This document shows positions 33,914 through 55,818 of a stretch of 64,000 nt of DNA, piece after piece (the first letter of the stretch is position 1; each line of letters starts with the position of its first letter). The stretch is from the human T2T-CHM13v2.0 reference genome, Homo sapiens: assembly GCF_009914755.1 (NCBI RefSeq), contig NC_060925.1. One strand, 5' to 3'. The notes beneath the pieces were generated by a model. It was given only the letters and a program-made list of their open reading frames with translations. It had not been told where the DNA came from and ran no database searches. Position numbers and translations under genes: made by a program.

Positions 33914-34795
33914 TAAATATATGTACATACATATATATGTTTGTGTATGTATATATATTTGATACTAATGAAGGTTTGAAAGTATTCCATTTTTTGTCAC
34001 TACAGAGTGATATGTTACAGCATGTACATGTACAGAGAATAATGTACAGCATTATTAACATATATAAATTTATAACAAAACATAAATACATAAATGGAAA
34101 GGATACATATCAACTTCCATTTAGTGCTTGCTTCTGCAAGGAATAAGAGAGGGTGTCAACTGTACACATAAAGTTTCCTTAAAAAAATAAAAACATCTGA
34201 GGTAAATGGGATAAAATGTTCATATATTTTAGATCTGGGCAAAGGTCTTACTATATTATTCTCTGCACTTTTCTGTATGTTTGATGTAGTTACTGCCTTT
34301 TTAAATGAGTAATAAAATAAATCAGTCTCTGTAAAAAAAAATTAAGTATCAAAAGGAAAGACCTATAATGGAAACTCTTTCAGCCTACATGCAATGACCT
34401 TACATTACGGAGTACGCTTCCACCATAGCCTCCTAGACATTTTGTCACAACCAGCTGAGAAGAGACAGGACACGGAAAAGCTGCCTGTGAGAACAAAATC
34501 AGAGCTGGGAGAGCAAAAGGACCTTACCCATCCTCCACTCCATCCTGCAAATTGCTAGCATTGCCATGGCGACCAGTGAAAAAGAGGGGAAGGGATGGTG
34601 ACCTGGGGAAAACCTGGGGAGGGGAGGCAGGGTAGGTATCAGGAAGTACTAAGACCATTTTTTAAATGGAGAAGGAAATTAGAAGTTTAGCAGCCAAGAA
34701 GAGCACAAAAGAATCAGCCATTCCAGGATGGTAGTTTAGATATAAATGCCATCATGACAAATGTATGACAGTTGGGGTAGAATTAAGTATATATC

Positions 34796-34819
34796 TTTAT
34801 TTTTAAACACAATTTTATT
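34796..34819 (-). terminator. Candidate poly(A) signals for the long IFRG15 3'UTR
   Basis: Two AATAAA on the minus strand (34796-34801 and 34814-34819); another candidate at 38206-38211. Confidence 0.45.
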
Positions 34820-34934
34820 TTAGTGAATGATGCCATTTTAGGCTCTAGGGATAAAAAGAAACTGGTATCTTGGCCCTGAAACAAGTAGTTACAATCCTGC
34901 TATGAAAACGAGTAACAAATAAAGCATATACAAC

Positions 34935-35160
34935 AACTATAAGAACTACTATTTATTGAGTGCCTTCTTTGTGCCAGGCATCATTCACAGCACTTTATTA
35001 ACTCGTTTAATCTTCACAACAATCTTATGAGGTGTAGACTATTAATATTCCTACTATTTTAGAGATGAGGAAACTGAGATACAGAAAAGTTAAGAACGTT
35101 ACCCAAGAACACGTGACTACTGAGGGCAGTTAGGATTTGAACTCAGGTAGTCTAGCTGTG
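34935..35160 (-). mobile_element. MIR element
   Basis: atttattgagtgcc...gtgccaggca...gatgaggaaactgag...ggatttgaactcagg; other MIR/L2 fragments (e.g. ~5070-5190, 25890-26000, 36330-36500, 60640-60780) not delimited precisely. Confidence 0.7.
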
Positions 35161-35574
35161 GGACCTAACCATGACACTTTTAAAAGCTTGTATTAAGCAT
35201 ACCACAAGCACCCTGACTCTGGAAAACTTACATCTAGGTTTGAATTGTGACTCCAGTACATATGACCTGAGTGAATTTGTACATATCCTTCAACTTTTCT
35301 CTATTTCTTCTTTTTCCTTTTCAGGGAACTACCACTTCAGGAATTTGTTTATTTCAGTGTTGTGGAAAGTCTCAGGTGATAAAAGTCATACAGCAATTAT
35401 ATCTACCATAATTAAGATTATAAAATGGGCCTAAACATTGTGACAAAAATCTGCCTTCGGTCATCCATCCCTCCAGGCCTTTTAATCTTTACACCCAAGA
35501 CCATCTGACTTATACTACAGGCTCAACCTCATCCCCAAACCAATCCTGTCCTTCATCAGGAGAGATTTAAGAAG

Positions 35575-36249
35575 TTTTTTGTTTTTGTTTTTAGATAAAG
35601 GGCCTTACTCTGTTGCCCAGGCTGGAGGGCAGTAGTACCATCATAGCTCACTGCAGCCTCAAGCTCATAGCTCACTGAGGCTCAAGTGATCCTCCCACCT
35701 CAGCCTCCTGAGTAGCTGGGACTACAGGCACATACCACCACATCCAGCTAATTTTTTTCTTTTTAAAACTTTTTTGTAGAGTTGGGGGTCTCACTATGTT
35801 GCTCAGGCTTGTTTTGAACTCCTGGGCTCAAGCCATCCTCCTGCCTCAGCCTCCCAAAGTGCTGGAATTACAGTGAGCCACCAGCCAATAAGTTTATAAT
35901 AATTCAGCCATCAGTTCAAACAATTGGCTTAGTTCTAAAACTAAGACTCGGTGGACACGGCGGCTCATGCCTATAATCCCAGCACTTTGGGAGGCCCAGG
36001 TGAGAGGATCGCTTGAGGCCAGGAGCTCAAGACCAGCTTGGGCAACATGGCGATACTCCATCTCTACAAAAATAAAAAAATTAGCTGGGCATGGTGGTGC
36101 AAGCCTGTAGTCACAGCTACTTAGGGGGCTGAAGTGGGAGGATCACTTGAGCCCAGAAGGTCAAGGCTGCAGTGAGCCATGATGGCGCCACTGCACTCCA
36201 GCCTAGGTGACAGAACGAGACTCTGTCTCAAAAAAACAAAACAAAACAA
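35575..36249. mobile_element. Inverted AluJ pair: 35575-35886 (-) and 35950-36249 (+)
   Basis: Opposite orientations, ~65-bp spacer. Confidence 0.88.
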
Positions 36250-37538
36250 GTAAGACTCTACCTTATTCCCCAGTTCTAACTTCTGCTTTTGCTTTCTTGC
36301 CCTACATCTTTCCTCATCCTAAAGATTTAGTATGTGCCATATGTTTGGTATATGTTATTGCACTTAAACCTCACAACAGTATGAGGTAGGTATTATTACA
36401 CAACCTTTTTCACAGATGAAGAAACTAGATACAGAGAGGTTAAAATGCCTAAGGTCATTTAATAGTATCAGAATTAGAATAGAAACCCAGCTGGCTGCAA
36501 GGCCATTATTTTGCCTCTATAAAAAGCAATTTTCAAGCTGTGTCCCCAAAATTCCATGGAGACTCAGGGTTGCCAGGGAGACTGGAGAGATGAACGGGCT
36601 GCGGCTCATCTCACTTTTACAGACAGCTATGACATGTGGACTGCCACATATTCTTTGGATGCCATGGACTCATTTCTGCCTTCCTGTTTGCCTGGGCTTC
36701 CTTCACCTGTAACTCAGAGATGAATCTTACCTCACTCACTCATATCCCCCAACAGCCACCTCTTTGGTGGATGTATTTTCTTTCCGGTCTGCCCTTGCAT
36801 GTTTCCATTAACCTTTTCACTCCCTGGACTGCCATAAAATAACAGGGAGTAGTTATAATGGTCATTTTAGAAATGCTACCATAACATATAAGCAATATTA
36901 CCAACTCTTCCACACTATAAAAATAGAGACGAGTGTAGCTCACACTATTTAAAACACTGGATAACCCTCCAGATCATTTGTCATTACAATTAATTTTACC
37001 AACACAGCATTTATATTTTAATAAAATTCATTATTCATATCAACTATGGAGTATTCTAGAATAACCTGCAATATTTTAAGCCATATGAAGACATACTAGA
37101 AAGACCTAAGGTGAAAAGCTTTGTTCAAAGGCTTCCTCAATTTTCTCCTTTGCTCAATTTTATGAGCTCTACTACATGATGTTGATTTCTGACAGCTTAT
37201 CATATAACAGGTATGTGATGTTTGAAGGCAAAGTAACCCTCTTAATATTAAAATTAATATTTTTGATTCATTTTTCTTGCCCATATATTCACATAGTTTA
37301 TAATGACACTGAACAAAACTGTTTGTGAAGAAGACTGAAACATTCCTGATTAGTTTAATTAATGAGAAAAATGTGGCTGAGTTATGACCTAAATTATTAA
37401 CAGTGATCTTCAGTCTGACATGAAATCTCTTTTTACATAGCCAGTATTACCAAATAAATGGTACTATCTTGCAGTACTATGAGTATTCTGCTCCCATCCT
37501 TTTAAGCCAGATAAGTAAACACTATGGACATATTACTA

Positions 37539-37888
37539 CAGCATTTCTCAAAGTATGGTCTAGAGAGCACCTGCATCAGAATCTCCAAAGGTACTATTTA
37601 TATCTTTTATGTTGTTTTTTTTTCTTGAAAGAGACAGTGGTCTGACTATCTTGCCCAGGCTGGTCTTGAACTCCTGGGCTCAAGTGATCCTGCTGCCTCA
37701 ACCTCTGAAGTAGCTGTGGTAACAGGTACATGCCATGGCACCCGGCATGAGGTGTTATTTATAATATGCAGATTCCTGGGCCCTACAAGCAACCTGAGGA
37801 ATCAAAATTTCTAAAGCAGACCAAGAAATCTCCATTTTTAAACAAGCTCTCACAGGTACTGCTTAGGTATTGATTTGAGAAATCAATG
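37539..37888. mobile_element. MER5-type hAT MITE interrupted by an Alu monomer (~37612-37746)
   Basis: TIRs cagcatttctcaaa / tttgagaaatcaatg; internal gcatcagaatc and atgcagattcctgggccc. Confidence 0.7.
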
Positions 37889-38395
37889 ATATAAATCCTT
37901 TTAATCTGATCTTACTATTTAATGGAGATATTGACTAAAACAAAAACAAAAACCTTTTCTCTATTTTGCTGATATTTAAATTTTCACATTTGTAGAATGT
38001 TTCTTAGTATATGTCCTTGTAACATAAGCATTCTCTAATAATTAAAAAATTTAGGGGCAATAATACTGATCATAATACTATTCTCGAAAGCACTCTCTCA
38101 AAGTAAATTTTCACTTTTTAGGAGGAGTTGTAGGATAGTGAAATTCTTCATTAAAGAGTTAGTGATAAACTAACTAGTCTTCAGTCAATTTAGCAGTTCA
38201 CATAGTTTATTCAGCAATATAACAGGAGAGAACCTCCATTGTAAGAGACATAAGGCAGATACAGGGTGCATCTCTGGGGTACATTCTTCATACAGACTAA
38301 CAAATAACTTCAGGTTTCACAACATGTAGCAAGTATGATTTGTTGCACACCAACAGCCATTCATTCCTCACGTTTTCCTTGCTAAAAGAGCCCTG

Positions 38396-39447
<1,052 letters not shown>

Positions 39448-40291
39448 GAGGATCGCAAGGGGGAAGGACACAAAGAAGCTGGGACCTTGATAATATTGAT
39501 AATATTGCTAAAAGCACTAGATACCTAGATACCTGGCATGTTAAGTGTAATTTAAAAATTGTTCAGTGGCCTTTGAGATGTTTTCAACAGCTTTTTCTAA
39601 GTGGCTTAACCCCAACTCTGGGTCCATGATTTTCATGAAAGTCCAGAATGTGGCCAATGTTCAGCAGACCTCCTTAGTTCTAAGAAAGATGCTTCCTCTA
39701 GACTGTTCATAATATATATGAAGTCAGGCTTGATAATTTCTTTTGTCATACATCTCCTGATAGGTACTTTTCCATTTCCAGGGGAGGACGTTGTAAATTC
39801 AGTCACCACAAAGACAAGACAGTCTTTTGTTTATGTAAAGCCACGTAAGTATGGACAGGTGGCATTTCTGCATGTTTCTGCATAACCTATATAGGTGTTT
39901 CCTAATAGAATGTGATTTATCTGACAGTGACCAGTTATCAATAATCTCACAGCCACACTGAGGATGGGCCAAACAGGGCCAATGATGAATAAATGGCTAT
40001 ATAAGAGCAAATTTTATCTATCTATCTATTTATATATATATCTCATCACTGACCAATGCATAAGAGGTGAGTTTACAACAGTGTAATTTCTTATTAAAAT
40101 TCACTGGACTAATCTAGGATCCAGCTATAACGAGGCTGCTTTCCCACAAAAGTTATCATTAGAAATACCACTATGAAGCACACAGTATAGGACTTCCCCT
40201 CTAGGACTACTTTGTCATATGACACTCATTAGGTTGCAGAAATTTTTTTAGGAGTGGTAAGTTAGTTCCAAAACAGTTTATAGGAAATACG

Positions 40292-40340
40292 GATTAGCCT
40301 CAGTCTAGATGAACAGATTAGCCTCAGTCTAGATGAACAG
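40292..40340. repeat. Perfect 24-bp tandem duplication
   Basis: gattagcctcagtctagatgaaca x2. Confidence 0.95.
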
Positions 40341-40529
40341 GCTGGCTGGAATACTAACTAAATTCATGTGAATAAAATATGTATAGGCCACGGAAGCAGA
40401 TCCAACAATTTAAGCAGTTCCCAAAGTAGTGACAATCTGGGTCAGACTTAGAAATGAATTATTTTTCCATCTTCCTTGGGCTACCTACACAAAAGCCTCT
40501 AGACTTGACAATTTTGACTATTATAGAAG

Positions 40530-40925
40530 CTATTTGTTTTGGCCCAGTTTTTTGTTTAAGGTTTTATCTGTTCTGGTCAAGATTAACTGTAATGCAGGGT
40601 TAAAACCAGCTACTCGAGAGTCATGTATTCTTTTTCTAACCAGTGGAGGACCCAGAAGAAATGGATGGCAAGCTTTCTCAAAGGTCCATCTGGTGAGATT
40701 CTGGGGAGCCCACTCAAGTGGGAAAGACCAAGGAAGAACAAGGCTTCTATTAGCAGGATTATCAGGATAACACTCAGGACAATAATCAGCTCTGTTAATA
40801 CGGTCTAAGAATACCTGGTAACATTCATTTTCAACAAGTTCAGTTTGGTACAACCAGTGGCCTAGTTCTAAACTAGGGAACCACTGTTGTCCACAATCAG
40901 GGCAATGTGAATTATCTGAAAACAT
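40530..40925 (-). CDS. IFRG15: IFRG15 (interferon-alpha responsive protein 15), 131-aa alternative product of the TOR1AIP2 gene
   Basis: Intact single-exon ORF MFSDNSHCPDC...KKLGQNK recognised as IFRG15; lies just downstream of the shared 5'UTR exon. Confidence 0.93.
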   Translation of the reverse strand: MFSDNSHCPDCGQQWFPSLELGHWLYQTELVENECYQVFLDRINRADYCPECYPDNPANRSLVLPWSFPLEWAPQNLTRWTFEKACHPFLLGPPLVRKRIHDSRVAGFNPALQLILTRTDKTLNKKLGQNK

Positions 40926-41184
40926 CTGGACCTAGAAAGACAACACAGACAGCAATGTGACAGCAAGAGACAACAGTGACAGAGAGAGACGCCCAAACAC
41001 CAGTCCTATTACAGGTTTCGTTTACCAATTTCTTAGTTCAACCAATATTATTTGGAGAGCCAAATAAACTTGGCTTGCACCTCCGTGCAATTCTTCAAGA
41101 TTTCGTTGTCTATTTTTCACTCAATTGCAACTCAGTCTCTGAACTCAGGGACCGATCCAGTTTATAATGTTATCAGTCACTTAC

Positions 41185-41603
41185 TAGCAGTACAGATCTC
41201 AGGATAGCTCCTTCAAATCCCAGCTTCTCAAGAAGAGATAGGGCTCTAGTCTAAATTAGTTATATTTTTCTTATGCGTCATCAGCTGCTGGTGGTGTCAC
41301 ACAGAGGCACTTGGCTTACTCTGCTTTGTTGGTAAGGTTATTGTGTCTGCTTGGTGAAACAGAGGAGCTGACAGGTCCAATGGGTCTTTTGTTGGCGCTG
41401 GCACTCTTGCCGTTGTAACACACGTACCCAAGTCTTAAGGCCTTGGCACTTTATAGCAATGTAGAGGGGTCAGAAAAACCTGGCAGAGTCCTCTTGATCG
41501 TGGATCCAATGAAGTCTGTCTTGGGAGGACATTAATCAGGACCCAATTGCTGTGAAGAAGCTGATGCTCAGTTGGCTGAAGAGTCTGGGAATGCGTCACA
41601 TAC
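41185..41603 (-). other. TOR1AIP2: TOR1AIP2 shared non-coding 5'UTR exon (419 bp)
   Basis: Acceptor ttttatcatttaCAG ends at 41604; donor CTA|GTAAGT at 41185/41184. Confidence 0.85.
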
Positions 41604-42149
41604 CTGTAAATGATAAAACTTCAGACGACTCATGGGTTTTGCAGTTGTTCACATTATTATTAGAAACATGCATTTGGAAATTATTCAGGTTAGTTAAGGC
41701 AGATAAGAAATGTCTCATGGGTTTTCCCATGACTATTTAACATGGGTTCAAACCAACTGATATGTTGGCACTAGGAAGAATTCTGGATCATTTATACTAG
41801 GACTAGCTTAATTTCTTAGGACTATATTTCTTCTTTACTCCATGTGTGCCTTGGGAATAATAAGGTCTGTATAATCACGTCTAACCTGGTAAAACTTAGC
41901 GATCTCTTGTACGTCTCTTCTGTGAAATGGGTGCCACATATGGTATCCCCATAATGTATGGGATAACATTAATGATGACAGCCTTTCCATAATAGGTTTC
42001 AATCCATCCAAAAAAAAAAAAAGCTTACACAGTTTTTAGATAATATTCTTAAAAGCTAACCATAGAAAGTTGAATGAAATCCTTTTGAAGGCTAAAAAAA
42101 AGTCAAAAATCAAGAGGGGCAAGTCTAATTGCTCACCATCTAGTTGTTT

Positions 42150-46240
<4,091 letters not shown>

Positions 46241-46799
46241 TCAGGACCATTAGGCACTATGGTTCCTAACCATTTTGCTATCAAAGGTAACTTTTTTCCA
46301 ATCCCACCCCTCCTCCTCCATTTTGGAAAGATGTCCAAACAATCTGCAGTCTTGTAATAATTTCGTTTTCTCATTTTTAGTAATCGGATATGTAGATCTG
46401 CCAAACAGAAGTTCTAATAAAACAAAAAACTAATGCTACTAGCCTTGGTTTAAAAACTTCCATTATTTTAAATTAGACAAAATACTTTATATCCCTATAA
46501 CACAGAGTTGGAAAGATCTGGATATCCTAAAACTGGCTTCCTTTCTCAACTTCATTAGCTTAAGTCCTAAGCAGCTGATTTAAGGTAAGTATATGACTAT
46601 CATTAGGTTTTTAGAAATGCTAAATAAAAATACCTTGAGAACTACCATTACTTTATGATTGTTAAACATAATTGTTTCACTTATTTGAGGAGCGCACCAT
46701 GTGCTAGGCCCAATGCCAAGTACTATGGATACAGAAAGAAAATCATTCAGGACTTCTAGATGTCTAGGGAATCCAGACTGGAACCAGTGATTTAGGTGA

Positions 46800-46881
46800 A
46801 GGCTAAGGGCTCTTAGAGGGATATAAAAAGATCCCCTGTAGGCTAAGGGCTCTTAGAGGGATATAAAAAGATCCCCTGTAG
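46800..46881. repeat. Perfect 40-bp tandem duplication
   Basis: ggctaagggctcttagagggatataaaaagatcccctgta x2. Confidence 0.95.
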
Positions 46882-48940
46882 AGATCACAGGAAATTTAGG
46901 GAGGCCCACAGCAAAAGCTGGGATGCTTGTATTTTCAAACCTCCTTCACTAAAAACAGTGAGCAAAAAAACAAAATTTGAGGAGCTTCTCTACTGCACAA
47001 ATGCTATACAAAAGAAAATACAAATCAGGGGTTTTGTGTATGTAAACTAAAATAAATTTAAGATCCTTCCTGAAACTTTATTAAAAGAAAATTTAGAAAA
47101 GAAAATAGTACTTTCACACCAAAATAGAAAATGTAGTTCTATTTAATCCACTGAAATTTACATCAACTAACCATGGCAACTTTTTAATTAACTTCTCTAA
47201 ATAGTCTATCTTGTTCTTTGCTATTTCCTGAATGTATGTTAGTAAGTTCAAATCTGCCTTCAATAGATAAAAATTCCCTTATTCTTTTTTGTGGTAGCAT
47301 AATAATTAAGTTTCAGACTGAGTCTGGATTGGAATGACTTTTCCAGGCAATTTATCCCTTAGACTTCAGCCTCAACCAATTCCTCATATGATACATAAAA
47401 TCAAGATAGGCACATAGAAAAAGTATAAATGCTTTAAACTCTCTTGAATTCCCATTTTAAATATTTTCTTCTAGGGGGTACTACAGTCAAGGCTAATCAA
47501 TAATCATAACTTTTTTTGTATGAGATGGTTTCTCCAATAAGTTTCATACACAAAGTGAAATCTTAAGAGTTTCCTATTTCACAACTACCTTAGATAATGA
47601 GAGATTAAGGAGTATGAAAAAAGGAATCATTCTTCTTTTTGAATTCATATAATCTAAAATAATTTTTTGTTGAAAATAAAATGCTCCTGGAAAAAAGTCA
47701 ACTTGTTTTGTGAGAAACTACTTTTAATTTGGCAATCTTGAGATCACTGAGAGAAGGCATATGGATGACAATCTTCAGTACTATTTAGTACACACACTGT
47801 TCCCTCTTTAGAACAGAGAAGCCAAATAAAAAATATTACCCAAGGTTAGAAAATAGCTGCAGAATGTTCTCCTCTCTCTTGCCCCAGGAACTGACAAACG
47901 AAACAGGTGTGTATGCATTGCTACCATACTTTTTGAGGGGCATGGCCATAAAGGAGAACAACTGGTTTGGAAACCTACTGGTACATTTCTATCTATGTTG
48001 CTCTAATGCTCCAAAAGCCCATGGTCCAAATTCTGTCTACAATTTCACTTCAAAACACCAGCAGCCAAACCTTTAAGGCTAATACACAACTTTCAACAGT
48101 CAGATCTGGTGCCAAGCTTAGGTATTTCTATAACTTGTGCTAGCTATTTATTGTCTGTCTAAAACTAAATTTCTAAGTCTTGCCCACTCCTCTGTACCAT
48201 ATCCACTGTCATAATATCCCAGCATTATTATTTTCACAATTTTTCGTTTCTCTGTATTTTCACTAACTGGTGACTTATTCTAGATTTTTGAAAGAAGTTT
48301 GAAAAAGTACTAGCCTCGGAACAAAAAGCACTCTACTTCCTTAGGGAATTGTTTTTTACACAGGAATTGAATGCCTGGCGCAGATCAAATTCTACAGATA
48401 TTTTCTGAGTGCAGAAAGCCTTCCTTTCCTACTTACCCTTTTTCATACTCCCTCCCAACTCCTTTGACTTGTATCTCTAGTTTCGGTTGACCACGTAGAG
48501 GTATTAAGCTATGCACGAAGGATCTAAGAGTTTGCTAAGATTTCTGACAGTGGGTGGCACAACTGACTGCCAGGTTTAGTTCAACTTCCCTAATCACTTT
48601 TAGTATCTACTTCAAGTCAACATATTTTTATTAAACTTTTTATTTTGAACTAATTTTAGACTTACAGAAAAGTTGCAAAAATAGCACACAGTTCCATTAT
48701 ATCCTTCATCTAGCATCTTACATAATTAAAGCATAGTTATCGAAAACAAGAAATCAACATTGGCACAATTCAATTAACTAGAGGCCATATTCAGATTTCA
48801 CGATTTCTTTTAGTTGTTATTTTTCCTTAGTGTCTAGTCTATGACAGTTCCTCAGTCTTTACCTGTCATTTGTGACCCTTTCTTGTCTTTGTGACCTTGA
48901 CACTTTTGAAGAATACTGGTCAGTTATTTTGGGTTCGGTG

Positions 48941-53388
<4,448 letters not shown>

Positions 53389-53441
53389 TCAGTTTCAATA
53401 CTAAAACATGGAAAAGCTGCATAGTCATTTTGTTTACTTAC

Positions 53442-53560
53442 AAATTCTGGCGAAGTTTTAAATCGTAAAACTGTTAGTATCAGGAGAGCCCTTCGAGTAT
53501 TCTCTCCGCTCCACACCGCTCGGCTGCACCCAGCGGCCGCCGCGGCCCGAATGTCGTCCA
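53442..53560 (-). other. TOR1AIP2: Probable TOR1AIP2 exon 1 (TSS approximate)
   Basis: CpG-rich segment followed by donor TTT|GTAAGT at 53442/53441. Confidence 0.6.
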
Positions 53561-53720
53561 GGGTCCCCGCCCATATGACAAACACTTTCCGCCGGAAGGC
53601 GCCCGTGGAATCCTGGGACTAGTAGTCTCCGTGCCCTGCCTTCTGCCTTCTCCATCCTTCACCCTCTACTGCCAGGTCGTCTGACCCAGCGACAGGCGCG
53701 GTAAATGCGCGACCAAACCG
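53490..53720 (-). promoter_or_regulatory. TOR1AIP2 CpG-rich promoter with ETS/GABP-type sites
   Basis: Local CpG cluster; TTCCG-CCGGAAG at about 53587-53598. Confidence 0.7.
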
Positions 53721-54899
53721 CAGAGGTCCCATGCAATCTCATGCTGACAGGATTACAGGCATCTCTGTAAGACGTCGACCACCCTGACCTGAAATTCATA
53801 GACTGAAGAAACTCATAGGACCAACACAGTGAGCAGCAGTACCAAATGATAATGGCAAGCACCATGTCCTGGAACACACCCTCTGTGCCATTAAGAGGAG
53901 CATGTAATCCAATGAGTTGCCTAATCTAAACCTCAGTTTGCTCGTGTGTCAAATGGGGACAACGTTACTTACCTCATAAGTTTGTTATTAGTAGATTAGA
54001 TGACGTATGCAGCATTTCTGTTAAATGACAGTAGTGACAAAAAATAGCTGTTTTGATCTACTAATTTTATAAATGTGAAAATTAAGAGATGGCGAGCAAT
54101 TTACCCAAGAACATACAATTTGTTGGGGGAAAAATGAAGTAAGTCTAAAATTCCTGTTCTTGACCTACAGCAATTCAGGACAAATCTAACCAAATTTCAA
54201 GAAGAAATCTATTCATGTAAAACTCCCTTCCCCTTTCCTCTTTTTTTTCCCATAACAGTCCTGACCAACACACTATTTTACTTATTTTGATTTTTGCCCG
54301 ACTCCTCCCATAGAATATAATCTCCAAGAAGGCAGGAAACATTTTTTGTCTTTTAGTCTATTTTGTTCACTGCTGTATCCCCAGCACAGAGAACAGGGAC
54401 TGCCTACTACACAGTAGCTCAAGTATTTATTGAATTAATAATTCCTCATTTAATGTGATTTTTGGTGCCTTCACTTCTCAATCACCCTCTCTTGGCAGAA
54501 GTGACAGGATTTGGTAACACTCTTGGATGGTGTTTAATAATTAACTGCAAGTCCTAATTCAACAAAAAGAATACTATATTCCATTCACTTTATTGTGTTT
54601 AATTAATTTCAGTATAACATTTCCAGGAATTTTCATTTGTATTGTCATTAAAATATTTTTCTATCATTTGTAAGACTGGGGAATAAATGGAGCCAGCTAC
54701 TATGTCTTTAATTAACTTCCTCCTGTTTAATATTTTAATCATCTTTTCCTTATTAAAATTGTTTGCCTACTTCATTTGTACTACTAAGTCACAACGGATA
54801 GATTTATCTCTTTAAATAAATGAACTTCTGCTTACCCTAAAGCAAAAAGTTCCTGTACAAAAAATTTATTGTTCTAAAATGTTTCATTTAAAATAATTA

Positions 54900-55097
<198 letters not shown>

Positions 55098-55782
55098 TCA
55101 CTTGAACCTGGAGTTGGGGGAGGCTGCAGTAAGCCGAGATTGCACCACTGCACTCCAGCCTAGGCGAAAGAGCGAGACTCCGTCTCTAAATAAATAAATT
55201 AATTAAAAATGAAATAAAATAACTGATTTAGGAACCCAGTCTCAAGAGCACAGGATTTCCAGACCTAGCCCTAATAGTTAAGTGTGTGAATTAATGCCAT
55301 TTAATCTGAATTGTAATTTTTCGTGTTTCTGTCGTTCCCAATAAATGACAAATTCCCTAAAGATAGTCTTCCTCATTGCTGGCACACGTTTGATAAGTAA
55401 ATGAATTATTAAGTGTATTCTTTGTTTTAATCATTTCTTTTCTTACCGGTCTTCTTTTTTGGGTCACTGAATTCCTCCAGATTTCTCAAATTCCCAAAGT
55501 AACTTTAATATCCAGAGCTGAGGCATCCTTTTTTAGTGGCCCAGCGCATCCCTTATAATATTGGCTATGACTCTACTGTCACTGTAATGTCACCTCTTTT
55601 CAGCCACTCTTATAGTCTGGATAATAGCTACAGCAGAGTATCTAGTTTCATAACAGTTTAGCTTTGCCTCAGAGCTAGTGATGAAAGTTTCGTATCTGTA
55701 AGGTTTCTAGGTGAAGGAGGCAGTCACAGTAGAGGTAGGTTTCCTTATGCTTACAACCTAGATGAGAGGGAAAATCCGATGC

Positions 55783-55818
<36 letters not shown>
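55783..55818. repeat. (AT)5(GT)13 microsatellite
   Basis: Read directly. Confidence 0.95.
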
